A DNA stretch of 62,779 bases, filler included, from Globobulimina sp. (GCA_003354225.1; 45 parts of 45 records of this genome joined end to end with filler, not necessarily neighbours in it); one strand, 5' to 3'; positions 1-12,177 are shown, counted from the first letter of the whole stretch. Notes: a model not told the origin generated them from the sequence alone. A program made the numbers and translations.

Positions 1-1
1 A

Positions 2-922
2 GGGTTTGCCACCACGATTGGTGCGTCCTTATCATTTTGCATCAGCCCAACTTTTACAAAGATGTTACCGATATCGTTAGCATTTGCTGCCGGTGTCATG
101 ATTTATGTATCTTTTGTAGAAATATTATCTGAAGCTTTAGAATCATTCGAGCAACAATTATCTGTATCACATGCCGAGTCCGCTGAGGTTTTATCCCATG
201 TTTACGTATCATTGTCAATGTTTGGCGGAATTGTCATTGGCTATCTCCTCGATTTTGTGGTGAATTTATTAGGTCATGACCATGACCATCAAAATACAGC
301 AAATGATCCTCATACAGCTAATAAGGAAGCAGTTGCAAATGACATTAAGTTCCAATCGGTGACAGATACCGAATTATCGACATCCAAATCAGAAACAGAA
401 ACCTCGAAAACAGAAAACGAAAAACCGAAAAGAAAAACAAATGCTGCTCCAAAAAAAGTAGATCGCGATTTGATTAAAACGTCGTTGGTGACAGCAATTG
501 CTGTGGCTTTGCATAATTTCCCTGAGGGATTAGCCACATTTGTGTCGACATTGGCAAATCCCACATTGGGTATTTCCATAGCGATTGCAATTGCAATTCA
601 TAACATTCCTGAAGGGATTAGTATTGCTATGCCAATATATTTTGCCACGGGAAGCAAATGCAAACCATTCATTTATTCGAGTTTGTCCGGTTTAGTGGAG
701 CCTGTTGGCGGTTTAATTGCTTATCTGATCATTGATTATATGTTTGGCGGCCTGGTGTTTGGCGTTTTATTTGGGTTTACCGCTGGTATTATGATTTATA
801 TTTCATTCAAGAAATTATTGCCAACTGCCAGACATTTAGATGTTGAGGATAAATATTGCACATATTTGCTGTTTCTCGGCTTTATTGTGATGGATGTCAG
901 TTTAATTTTATTTGATTTGTAA
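2..922 (+). CDS. ZIP-family (ZupT/GufA-like) zinc/metal transporter, 5' truncated
   Basis: LHNFPEG and IHNIPEG TM4/TM5 motifs, His-rich loop HDHDH, AAGVMIYVSF; frame is open back to base 2. Confidence 0.93.
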   Translation, partial: GFATTIGASLSFCISPTFTKMLPISLAFAAGVMIYVSFVEILSEALESFEQQLSVSHAESAEVLSHVYVSLSMFGGIVIGYLLDFVVNLLGHDHDHQNTANDPHTANKEAVANDIKFQSVTDTELSTSKSETETSKTENEKPKRKTNAAPKKVDRDLIKTSLVTAIAVALHNFPEGLATFVSTLANPTLGISIAIAIAIHNIPEGISIAMPIYFATGSKCKPFIYSSLSGLVEPVGGLIAYLIIDYMFGGLVFGVLFGFTAGIMIYISFKKLLPTARHLDVEDKYCTYLLFLGFIVMDVSLILFDL

Positions 923-1298
923 AACAAATCAATTGTTTACATCGTGTATTCTCCCTTTTTTTTTAATTTTAGTGATCGTGTAATAATATGTATGTTTTTT
1001 GTCAAACTTTTTTTTTTATTTTAGTGAACATTTTTAATATTAAGTTTCTTTTTTATCGGAAAAGCACATTGTGTAAAAATCAGATCACTAGAATAAATTT
1101 AGTGGTCAAATTGTTTTCAGGAACATGAAAAATCAATAAACTTAGAGTAAAATAGAAACGAAAAACACTCTTGTATGTGATGGGTAAAATATTGTACATG
1201 ATGGGTAAAAGAAACAAAAAACACAAAAGTGACAAAACTATATAAAACAAAAAAAATGTGATGAATTATGGGATGCAAATGTGATGATTGGGATTTGG

Positions 1299-1398
1299 NN
1301 NNNNNNNNNNNNNNNNNNNNNNNNNNNNNNNNNNNNNNNNNNTTAATTAATTAANNNNNNNNNNNNNNNNNNNNNNNNNNNNNNNNNNNNNNNNNNNN
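1299..1398. other. Artificial contig-joining linker (N-run + TTAATTAATTAA + N-run); recurs about every 1.4 kb
   Basis: Identical palindromic multi-frame stop linker flanked by N runs between ~1.3 kb segments; ORFs ending in XXXX/LIN are artefacts of it. Confidence 0.99.
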
Positions 1399-1400
1399 AT

Positions 1401-2696
1401 TTACAATGTAATATACAGAAACCGTGTTTCCAAATAGGAACTGTTTTGAGCATTGCATCTTCGATCTCCTATATGCAGAAATCAGTGTTTCACAAAACAG
1501 GCGGTGACTTAAACATGCTCTGTTGTTGTAGACGTGCCCAGGTAATAGGACACACAAAAACCTACCAGATACTTGGTCATTCATTGGTGCGGTTTACAAT
1601 AGGGGCCACAACATATGAGCATGCAGTACACATTATTGACGATGACAACAAATTGCCTTTAGCTATTCTAGGCCTAGATTTTTGGACTTTAAATCCTCCA
1701 GTCATACGACGCCAAACTGGCCATATTACTTTAGGTGAAAGTAAAATTCAATTAGGACCACCACCTGAGCCATTTAGTGGATTTGTTCGCCTATTAGACA
1801 AAATTACAGTACAGCAGGGAGGTAAAGTTTCTAATGTAATAGGAGAACTATATTCACATGAGGGTCATGTGATCCCCGATGAAGGAGTGGAAATTTTTTT
1901 GGAACCAATAGACGGCCGTCGATCCGGCCGAGATGTTCAAGTATTGCCTATGTTGACTAAAGTACAAAAAGATGGTTTAGTTGCTATGCATTTGATTAAT
2001 ACTACACCTCAACACAGGAAATTCAGAGAAGGTACATGCGTAGGTAGAGCATATCAGAGAGAGTCGTGCATATTGGCTGAAACATTTGATATGGGAATTG
2101 CATTATCTGCTGTAATAAAAGAAGAAAACAATGAAACTCTAACATCAGAGGAAACAAAATGCAGTGAACAGTTACGTACATTTTTTGAATGATCAGAACA
2201 AAATCAAATGAGAGAAAAACTGCATAGCCATGTATTACAATGTACAGCAGGATGCAATGTACCAATACAACAACCTAAACAACAATCATATGGACTTGTA
2301 TTGAGAGACAATGCCAATCCTCCCCAATCGGGAGCGAACTCTAATGTTAACCTACCTCGCTTACGCCAACGATCATCTAGTCTTACAGTACCTGCATATG
2401 CATTGCCTGATTTCACAGTTGTTGATGGTGTATTGACTAATAACACAGAATTTGATAAAATGGCACAAACAATAACAGACTATTTGCCCCCAGTAGAAGA
2501 CGATCAGGAAGATTTATTGGGAACAATAGATGCTGATTCACCTTTAGAAGGATTACCAATAGCATCTCAGGGAAAAGGGGAATTAGGAGGTATAGTAGAC
2601 CCTAATGACGAATGGAATGATATTGATGCAACTAAACCTGTAAGTCAACTTGTGCAATTTGATGATTGGTTGCCAGAAAATCAAAAAGTAATATTG
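1401..2696 (+). mobile_element. LTR-retrotransposon pol fragment (retropepsin-like protease and downstream linker), probably degenerate
   Basis: AILGLDFW protease C-terminal motif; ASSISYM where DTGAS would be expected; ORFs 1446-2192 and 2208-2696 share a frame, split by one TGA at 2190. Confidence 0.6.
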
Positions 2697-3012
2697 NNNN
2701 NNNNNNNNNNNNNNNNNNNNNNNNNNNNNNNNNNNNNNNNTTAATTAATTAANNNNNNNNNNNNNNNNNNNNNNNNNNNNNNNNNNNNNNNNNNNNTGTA
2801 TGATAAAATTTGGTTTGTTTGAGGGGAAGAATTTTTGTTTTGGAATTTTGAATTTAAAGTAAAGGTTTTCAGGATGATTTTTTTTTTCGTTTTTTTTTAA
2901 TATTATTCTTTTACCATAAATATTTGTATGTAATTCAATAGCAATATATATATCTTATGAATGATTATGTTTTTATAAGCACCACAAAAGAAAAGAACAG
3001 AAATAAGCACAA

Positions 3013-3066
3013 GACTCAGTAGCTCAATTTGATAGAGCGTGTGTCTGCAGCTTCGGCTGTATCCCC
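3013..3066 (+). pseudogene. Truncated tRNA-like sequence resembling the 5' half of an intron-containing tRNA-Tyr
   Basis: TAGCTCAATTTGATAGAGC D-arm/A-box, then CTGCAG + short hairpin + ATCC; no T-arm or B-box. Confidence 0.4.
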
Positions 3067-3684
3067 AAACATTTAACATTTTTCTATTTGAAAAAGAAAG
3101 TTAGCGTCTGGATTGAAAAAAATTTGTTTAGGCTTTATATTAAATATAAAACATAATTAAATGTTGTTGGTACAATTCACATAGATATAGGTTTAAATCC
3201 TATCTGAGTCTGACAACAGAAAATAATTTTGCGGACACTGATAGTGGCACAAAACATATAATTCATCGATTTTGCATTTTACAAAGTTCCAATCAAAAAA
3301 ACGAATGCTTGGAATTATGTCAATACTGATTGAAAGGAGTGGACTACGTTCCGGAATGCGTTTGTAGATTTTGTTGATGTGAGGCGCCTTGTTAATGTAT
3401 ATTTGAGTCCAGTCGACGTATTTCAATGAAAAGTCCAGTCGATTAGCTACTTGCTTCTACCCTGAGGAAAAGTAGAGCACTGCGGCAGCTCTAGCTGTTT
3501 GCCAGTAATAAGACCGTTGGAGTACAATTCCCGAGCCGTTGATAACATATATTGATAGCCAACACCGCATATATTGAACTTTCGGATGGTTTTCGAGATG
3601 CTACATCTTACCACTTCACAAAAAAAAAACTAAACTTCAAAACCATCATTAGGTTAATCTCCACTAGCAACACAATCGAAAAAA

Positions 3685-4094
3685 ATGTCTGTTGAGAAAG
3701 GAGCAAAAATATTTAAAGCAAAATGCACGCAGTGTCATAATACAGTCAAAGTTGAGCTATATATACGGATACACACTCCGCATATACTTAAGTTGCAAAA
3801 TTTATATAGGGAGGTTCAAACGGCCAAGGTCCAAATTTATATGGTATCGTAAACCGAGTCGCTTGAACAATTTCCTCATTTTCGTATTCTTCGGCTAATT
3901 TAAATTCAGGTAGCTACGAATTATTTGAATGAGAAAAATCAAGAAATATCTATTCAAAATATATAAAAATATATATAGGATTAACATGGGACAGAAAAAC
4001 CTTATTCAAATATTTAGCAAATCCAAAAAAAATGATGCCAGGAACCAAAATGGTATTTGCTGGTTTAAAGAAAAAGGGAGACAGAAAAAATTTA
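3685..4094 (+). CDS. CYC: Mitochondrial cytochrome c (3 exons, 3' truncated) with an in-frame TGA; missed by the ORF track
   Basis: Exon 3685-3750 [18 protein letters not shown]; intron 3751-3809; exon 3810-3909 [26 protein letters not shown]; intron 3910-3978; exon from 3979 [31 protein letters not shown]. Confidence 0.93.
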
Positions 4095-4194
4095 NNNNNN
4101 NNNNNNNNNNNNNNNNNNNNNNNNNNNNNNNNNNNNNNTTAATTAATTAANNNNNNNNNNNNNNNNNNNNNNNNNNNNNNNNNNNNNNNNNNNN

Positions 4195-4729
4195 CCTTAA
4201 TCAATGCTTCAAAATCAACGCCGCCCGCTCTCAAATTGATGAGTCCAGTCTTGAAGGTGCCATTCGAGCATATCTTTATTGGCACCAATTCAACCACAAA
4301 TGGAAAATATCTGTCAAAGCGAACATAGGTAATACGCGCATAAATATCAATCTGCTCAAACACTTCATCTTTGTCCTCGTCATATTGATAGGTCCAACCA
4401 ACTTGTTTTTCGTCGATGGCATTAAAAATTGAAAATGGAAAAAAACGACCTTTCTCGCGACGTATAGATTGAATACTTTTGTCTGGAATGTTTTCTTTTG
4501 AGGTTAAATATGTCAGAGTTTCATATTTATAACGGAATTTCACCTCTAATAATAGTTGAAGAGTGTCATCAGCACTCACGGATACATTTTGAACGGACAT
4601 TGAAAATGTTACATCTCGTCTGTCTTCATGGTTAAGTATTGACTGTAATACATTCTCTCCTTTTTCTTCTGCCGCATGCATCGCTATTTCAGATGCTATG
4701 GCGCTGTCAGACTTTTGTTTTAGTGACAT
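4195..4729 (-). CDS. Hypothetical protein, 3' truncated
   Basis: ATG-initiated ORF of ~178 aa with natural composition; no motif recognised. Confidence 0.5.
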
Positions 4730-5275
4730 GGTCGCGCGTCAGTGAAGTTAATTAATATAATGGCTACACAATCAGATGAAGCAGAAGATCCCTTGCATAT
4801 TATACGCAACAACAGACGCGACCGTATTAATCGTAAGGATACAATAAGTACTCAGGAGATCCACAGATTTAATATGCTCCAAGGTTCCATTCCTGAGAAG
4901 TCCGAGCAATGGATTGATGCAAACTGTCCATGTTAACTATACACATTCAAAACGTATCCACATATATAACAATAAAAACATATATTAATACATAACTACA
5001 TAACTACCACAGCTTTTTCTCAAACTATAAAAAATCGTTCGATTTATGGCTCAGAAGAAACCACACAAATACCAGTCACACCACTCACCAAATCATCACA
5101 TTCCTTATGTGGTCATCCAAAATCCAACTCAAACAACAAAAAATATATAAAAAAAAGCGCAGAAAACACAAAATCCAACAAATGTAGAAAAAGAATCCAA
5201 TTCAAAACCAACTCCAAAAAGCGCAGAAAATGCAAAAACAGAAAACAAAACACCAAAAAAATTAAAAAAACACAA

Positions 5276-5492
5276 GTGCCAAAACACGTTAATATTGATT
5301 TAACCGTTCGGTCTCAATATCAATCCAAAAAAAACAAAAAAAATCCAAAACAAGTATACGTAGAGTTGTTATCCAAAATAAAACGCACTTTAACCAAAGC
5401 TGAATATAAAACATTCGCAAAAACTGTGAAATTATTACATTGCATGAAAGACTCAAACGACATTCAACAATTCCAACAACATATTATCACAC
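5276..5492 (+). CDS. Helical domain resembling a harmonin-homology/PAH-like domain (RTEL1 C-terminal type), fragment
   Basis: YVELLSKIKRTLTKAEYKTFAKTVK pattern after a Lys-rich low-complexity region. Confidence 0.3.
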
Positions 5493-5592
5493 NNNNNNNN
5501 NNNNNNNNNNNNNNNNNNNNNNNNNNNNNNNNNNNNTTAATTAATTAANNNNNNNNNNNNNNNNNNNNNNNNNNNNNNNNNNNNNNNNNNNN

Positions 5593-6890
5593 ATTTTGGA
5601 TGTATTACCGTTGAGAATATAAAATTGATACACCAGACCACAAAACAGAATGCAATAACAATTATATTTAATGGCGGTGGCATTAACCGTAACCTCGTGG
5701 ATAAATCAAAGGTTAACTCAGTTTGATTAAATACAACTTCTTTCTGTGCCTGTTCCACCATCCGGTCATATTCTGTCGCCATCAACGCAATGAGTAAATT
5801 TGTAAGGATCAGTGTACCAAAAAAAGTAGCCGCAACCATGAATATAATGCCAATGGTTTGGTCACCAACTCCGCCCAAATCCGCATTGCCGAGGAATACT
5901 TGAAATACATATTTTAGGCCATCCCATATATTATCAACTTCAAAATCACCACTTCCTTCATTGGTTAATGAAATAAACCAGATACCAAATAAAAATCCAA
6001 CCATTGATATTACATAAATAAACAAAACTGAATTAAAGTTAATACAGTATAACAATATAAATCATTAAAGACAATATAAATATAAATCACTTAACATTTG
6101 CCAATTTCAATAATCATCACTGTATATTTTGTTTTATTAATTGTTATTTTGGTGATCGATAATATGAAAAAATAACTTAACATTTGATTACTTTCAACAT
6201 TCTTCCTAAATATTCTGTATTGCTAAACAAATTAAGTGATCGTAGAGTTAACAAAGCAATCTCAAACGCAAACAAAAGTACATAAACATTCTGAGTGGGT
6301 GTCGCTGTATCGCCTTGTTCAAATGGCGTCTTATTAATAATCAAATATGCTCTTATCTGGGTATATATATATATATATTTGTTATATATGCAAAATTATC
6401 AAGAAACGCCTGCTATGAGATAGACTTAACTACGCCCAAAATAATCCAAAAAACACTGATTAAAACATCCATTACTGTCAACAGATAAATATTACAATTT
6501 TACAGTTAAAACAATGATACACATTACATACAGTTAGTTTGTCCTTTTACTCCGAGATTAAAATATCTTGCTGGAGTTTTATCGTTCATTTCAAATACCT
6601 CAAATAGAATATAGCCAAAGTTACAGCTCCATAGTATTACTTCCAGTGCCACCATCTGTGCACTATCGAGCTCACCGGACAACGGACGAAAAGAAGCATA
6701 AACATATACAAATATCAAATATAACATAAATAATATTACTTGCGTCCAATGGTATCCTTGTGCCGTGTGATAGAATTTAAATGGTGTAAATAACACACCC
6801 TTCAATAATTCATAGGATTCAAATTGTTTTTGGAGCTCAGTGTGTGGCGTTAAATATCCAGCTCTATATTGATGCTGAATAATATTCCAC
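5593..6890 (-). CDS. TRP-type cation channel, multi-exon fragment (S1-S6 and TRP domain)
   Basis: S6 LILTNLLIALMATEYDRM and TRP-box-2-like MPPPLNII; several TM-coding exons separated by short AT-rich introns. Confidence 0.8.
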
Positions 6891-7791
6891 NNNNNNNNNN
6901 NNNNNNNNNNNNNNNNNNNNNNNNNNNNNNNNNNTTAATTAATTAANNNNNNNNNNNNNNNNNNNNNNNNNNNNNNNNNNNNNNNNNNNNCAGTTGGATT
7001 GAAGTTGTTCATCTGCGCAGAGGAAGCATCTAAACTTTGTTTTTTCTGTGAAAACCTGTCAAGTAAGTCAAATTTAAATTTTGTCTTGCTAGACTCGGCT
7101 TGGCCACACTAACTCTTTCATCATTTTGCTTGCTTTTTGAGTTGTTGTATTGTGCTTGTATTGTATTCATCAGATAGATTCTAAAAGGAAAGACTTCAAT
7201 TCTTCGATTTGGCAAAGTTAGAAATTGCCAAATTTTCACTTTTTTAAAAAGCTGATGACAAGTTTCTATTTTGTTTGTTATGTTAATTAAATACTATATT
7301 TTGTTGTTTTGAGTAATATACACAGCTATACAAACAATTTCAATCAGTTTCGTTAACAGCAGATTTTATGAAGTTAAGGTTGTCATGCATGGTCTCTGGT
7401 CTCTGGTCTCTGTTTTTTGTTTTGACGATATATATTTATACACGTACAACAATTGACCAAAACCAACTAAGTTCGGAGGTTAAACATTCGAAAGCATGTC
7501 TCTTTTTCAGTCACGTACTTCTAACTGAGATTGGATTTTTAAACTACGATAGTGGTTTATATACGAAACATCTATGTAACATATGCATACGCTATCTTAG
7601 TTTAAAAGCAATCTCAAAAACAACAGGCGATTTTACAATAAAAAATCAAAAAAAATCAAAAATAAAATAGTATATATAGTCATTGGACGTCGTTTGCAGC
7701 ATATTGGAATGGATAAAAACTGGAATTAAATTTTATGGAAGCGATAGAACCGATATCCACAACACATCAATCAATTGGAAGCACCGTATGA

Positions 7792-8288
7792 TTGCTCTAC
7801 AAATCCATGGCAAGAATGGTGCGATACTCGCAGCCAAAACGAGGCCAACGAGGCCAACGAGGCGGGTTAAACCTGTCCTCCATCTCCGCCAAGAACAAGA
7901 AAATCAAAGCAATGGCTGACTTTGTACGCGAGGTGACTCTGAAAGATCGCACCTCGTACACCATTGACAAGGTGGTTAAGAAAACGCGGCGGATGAAAAA
8001 TAATGGTGATTATGAATGGGGATCGAGTGACTATGAATTATGGCGGCGGTGGTATTGGTGGAGGACATGGCGTTGTTCGTCATCAATATCATGACAAAGC
8101 GACAGAATTTGTGCCCATTCAATTTGCGCCGCGATGCAGAGACTTAGAGTATGAGTGGGAGTTTGAGGACAAAACACCGCCAAATAATTCCTGTTTAAAG
8201 TCAGTGAAACACTGCATGGACGGCGCTGTGCTATTTAGTGGTATCTATGACGATGGATCGAGTTTGCATTTATTTGGTTCATCGGTGG
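7792..8288 (+). pseudogene. Frameshifted coding-like region of unknown function
   Basis: GC-richer segment with successive overlapping ORFs (7792-8094, 8003-end) in different frames. Confidence 0.3.
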
Positions 8289-8388
8289 NNNNNNNNNNNN
8301 NNNNNNNNNNNNNNNNNNNNNNNNNNNNNNNNTTAATTAATTAANNNNNNNNNNNNNNNNNNNNNNNNNNNNNNNNNNNNNNNNNNNN

Positions 8389-8825
8389 AAATCCGTATAT
8401 TTACCATCATCCAAAGAAATATTACCGGAGACATAATCAAGTGTCATTTTTTCAAAAGGGTTCCATTTGAGCCACCTGTCAAAAGGATTCCATTTAGTCC
8501 AGAGTTTTTGTTTGATTCTGACCTGATAATAAAAATCACCTATAATGGTTGAATTCTCCACATGCCAGCTCAAGGTCGGTCGCGAGTTGTCCAGCCAGTG
8601 AGTGCAGCCGTTTTTGCCAAATACGGTATTCCCTTTGAACCTGCAGTCGCTGTGCAGATAGTAATTCGGAAAAGATTTGCAGTTTATCGTTTCGGTGGCA
8701 TCGCATTCAGGTGTATTGGCATGGTACCAGGCAGGTTTGCCGGGAATGGCAAGACTCTGTGAAACAAACAGTAAATTGAAAATAAAAAGTTGCAGGGCAA
8801 TTTTTTTAAAAATATTGTTCACCAT
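8389..8825 (-). CDS. Bacterial secreted protein with Ig/FN3-like N-terminus (rhamnosidase N-domain-like), 3' truncated
   Basis: Signal peptide ending SLA; RPTLSW...YYQVRI...SG pattern; intronless, divergent from the sulfatase. Confidence 0.45.
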
Positions 8826-9179
8826 TTTCGGGCAGACACTAAATACTTTTTGTCAGTCGAATCAGCTAACTTTTTTTATTCTAACCACCTTTTTGTAACG
8901 GGCCAAACCGCTGGACAAGTTTCGTTATTAGCCAAAGAGAAGTTGTAAGTCAATACATAAATCGTATTCATTCACGGGGGTACTTCATAGTCATCAAAAA
9001 GTTTTCGGTTTGTATTGTAAGGTGATATTAACAATTTGCCCTTGGCAGTTTGGATAAAACTGTGTTAATGAATTTATTTTAGAAGTAGACAAACAATCAT
9101 ATGGAAAAGCTTCGAATTATCGGTTTTGCAAAAAATTAACAACGTTGCTTTTGGATGTTACAGTTTGAGAGAATATTAT

Positions 9180-9686
9180 ATGAATAAAAAAATAAAAATA
9201 TCCGTCTTTGTCATTTTATTGTTCTTTTGTCTTTTTTTTGTAGTATTTAAACAATACACTGCTGAAAAACATAGCGAAGTTACGGTTGCACCTGAAAAAC
9301 ATAGCGAAGTTACGGTTGCACCTGAAAGACATAGCGAAGTTACGGTTGCACCTGAAAAACATAGCGTATTTATGACTGTGTCAGAAAAACGTAACGTAGT
9401 TATGATTGTATCAGATTCCTTAAGGGCGGATGTGCTTGGCTGTTATGGAAGCAGTAATGTGAATACTCCGAATATTGATTGGCTGGCCAGCCAGGGAGTG
9501 GTTTTTGAAAGAGCCTACAGTACTGCCAACTGGACAACACCTTCCTCTGTCAGCATATTTACCGGAGATTATCCCAGTATATATCAGAATGATAAGGTGA
9601 GACTCGAATCGCTGTCATTAACAAGATATGTTATACCTGAAAATAACTTGTTGCTTTCCAGATGTCTGAAAAATTTAGATTATGAT
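9180..9686 (+). CDS. Bacterial sulfatase-like hydrolase (alkaline phosphatase superfamily), 3' truncated
   Basis: NVVMIVSDSLRAD...GCYG...TPNIDWLASQGVVFERAYS...WTTPSSVSIFTG; N-terminal TM anchor. Confidence 0.88.
9262..9366 (+). repeat. 30-bp coding tandem repeat, ~3.5 copies (PEKHSEVTVA)
   Basis: CTGAAA(A/G)ACATAGCGAAGTTACGGTTGCAC repeated head to tail. Confidence 0.95.
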
Positions 9687-9786
9687 NNNNNNNNNNNNNN
9701 NNNNNNNNNNNNNNNNNNNNNNNNNNNNNNTTAATTAATTAANNNNNNNNNNNNNNNNNNNNNNNNNNNNNNNNNNNNNNNNNNNN

Positions 9787-11084
9787 GCTTTGGCATAACA
9801 TCCTTCCCCCCTAATGATGTAAATAATGATTCTTTGGCCCAAAGTCGATGAAAAGTCACGTTGGTAGCGTGATGTGGTCATCTTCGGAGTGTGGATTCGA
9901 ATCGCTACGTCGGACTGATTGGCCCCAAATACCTGACCAAGGTATCCCTCCCCCACCATAAAAAGTTAAAAATAGTCATAAAAATAAAATTGCAGGGTCC
10001 CGTAGACACACATAGACACAATAAGACAATTTACACAAGTCATTAAAATAAAACTACCAAAATAAAATACCCATGTTCAACACTTTTCCATTGAAATTGT
10101 TCGAGTCATCATCATTTCCGTAGATATATGGACACCCTACTTGCCATACTGTCATTCGGCTAGGCGGCCAGCAAATTTCCCTTGGCTCCATCCTCATTTG
10201 CTCCTAGACACTGGACTTTGAACATTTGAACGACTCACGGCATCCACGGCAACACTTTTGACCTTCACAATCGCTCCAGACGACTGCCATACATGGGTAC
10301 AATACATGGGCATTCTCACATTGTTGACTGGTGACATTTTGTCCGATGGTGTCACGATGGTGTCCATTGATTGTTCTTTGGAACTTGATGGGGGCTTTGA
10401 GGGACACGATGGTTCCAAAACAACGACATCACAATCAGTCCTCCGCACCGCTGGTACCACTATAATGTCAAGAGGTTCACGGGCGCCGAAACCCGCGCCT
10501 TTGCACATTAAAGGGACATGATCGAGGGCGACGAACAGTAGACGAGTAGACGACGTTGCAAACAAAGAAACGAAGGGGCCGAGGTAACGTGGGCACGGTA
10601 CACCAATAAAGAGGAAAAGTAAAATCGAACACCACTATCCCGCATACGCTAAGGAAAACAACAAACACGGTGCACACGTTTTATTCATAAAATAAAGAGG
10701 CCGGTAACTAACAAAAGAGCACGGCAGAAAGTCAACACCAGGACACGATAACAATGAATAGTGGCAAGTAAGAGGGCAAAGTAAAAATACAGTTTGATAC
10801 GACATAACAATATACTAATGAGCTATTATATAAAAATTGCATAAAGCGACATCAAAATAACAAAGCACCAAAATATACAGTATTGCATTACAATCAAAGA
10901 AATAACATGCATGCAAAAGGCGCGTAATTCAAACGTTATAAATACAAAATACATTAAAATGTTATGCTTTGGCATAACATCCTTCCCCCCTAATGATGTA
11001 AATAATGATTCTTTGGCCCAAAGTCGATGAAAAGTCACGTTGGTAGCGTGATGTGGTCATCTTCGGAGTGTGGATTCGAATCGC
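9787..11084. repeat. Contig with identical 119-bp terminal direct repeat, implying a 1,179-bp circle or tandem-array unit
   Basis: 9787-9905 is identical to 10966-11084 and both copies sit exactly at the contig ends. Confidence 0.92.
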
Positions 11085-11337
11085 NNNNNNNNNNNNNNNN
11101 NNNNNNNNNNNNNNNNNNNNNNNNNNNNTTAATTAATTAANNNNNNNNNNNNNNNNNNNNNNNNNNNNNNNNNNNNNNNNNNNNACGGTTGTTTTTGCCA
11201 CTTTATGGATGGCAACATAAGGAGTTAATCTTTGTTTGATATGCCTGCGTATACACTATACACTAACACCTTGTAAAACGTTATAAAATTACTTATTTTC
11301 TTAGCCATTAAAGACGAGTAAAGCAGAAAAGAAAACA

Positions 11338-12177
11338 TTATCTAGTTCCTCGGACATAATACTCCGAAATGTACGAATAGTCGTTCTCATTATCTCGCGT
11401 TTTGTCGCATTGTATGTATCGATCCATACAGACTTTGAACAGAAACATTTTCTTTTTGTTACATTTATGTAACACCACAACCAATGTGATACCGACGGCG
11501 ACAGGACTCACAATTGCAAGACATAGCATTTCTGTGTGCCCACCATCCATAAACGGCAACTTCACCGTTGCGATCCAACCAAATAGAATGGCCAAAGCAA
11601 AGCAAATGCAAAGACTGCAGATAATGTCCCACATTACTAACGATGCAGTATCTTCGCGGGGAAGCTTTGCGCAGTTTAATGGATATTCAGTATCATATTC
11701 AATATGAATCGGTCCGTGGCGTCTTAAATTGCTGTATCGTGATTCTGACGTTTTTTCCTCTGCAATGAACGGGCCGTACCAGAATACGAATGAATCGCTG
11801 ACATATTCAGTCATGATTTGTATAATATCCATTGGGCATCGTACATTATTTTGCCGTGAAAAATTAGTAAATACTTTTTGTAAATATTTTTTGCTAATTC
11901 CACTGCGTGATATCTTGGCACCAAATTCATATTTAACGTGATATGGTGACACTTGCTCGTCGCCGTCCCCGTCGTATGAGAAGGTCGTCCATTTTCTAAT
12001 TACTGTTCCTGTACAAGTCTCCTTCCTTCTATACAGCAAATATCGTGAATATAAATGATGTGCAAACCCAACCATTGAGATTGTCATTGGAATTCCCCAT
12101 AAACATGCAAAGAATAACCATGCCCACCATTCATGATGCTCTTCCTCTGCTTCTATTTCTGGTGAGGTGGTGTTCAT
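11338..12177 (-). CDS. Three-TM membrane protein with DUF3592-like beta domain
   Basis: TM1, then GTVIRKW...YHVKYEF...IHIEYD.EYP, then two C-terminal TMs; complete ORF. Confidence 0.6.
   Translation of the reverse strand: MNTTSPEIEAEEEHHEWWAWLFFACLWGIPMTISMVGFAHHLYSRYLLYRRKETCTGTVIRKWTTFSYDGDGDEQVSPYHVKYEFGAKISRSGISKKYLQKVFTNFSRQNNVRCPMDIIQIMTEYVSDSFVFWYGPFIAEEKTSESRYSNLRRHGPIHIEYDTEYPLNCAKLPREDTASLVMWDIICSLCICFALAILFGWIATVKLPFMDGGHTEMLCLAIVSPVAVGITLVVVLHKCNKKKMFLFKVCMDRYIQCDKTRDNENDYSYISEYYVRGTR

Noticed and set aside
9262-9366. CRISPR-like 30-bp repeats
   Set aside because: No spacers; in-frame coding VNTR
9787-11084. Obelisk, viroid or CRESS virus identity for the circle
   Set aside because: No long ORF, Rep motifs, TAGTATTAC-type origin or hammerhead core found; strand A-skew argues against a rod-like fold; the data look like genomic DNA
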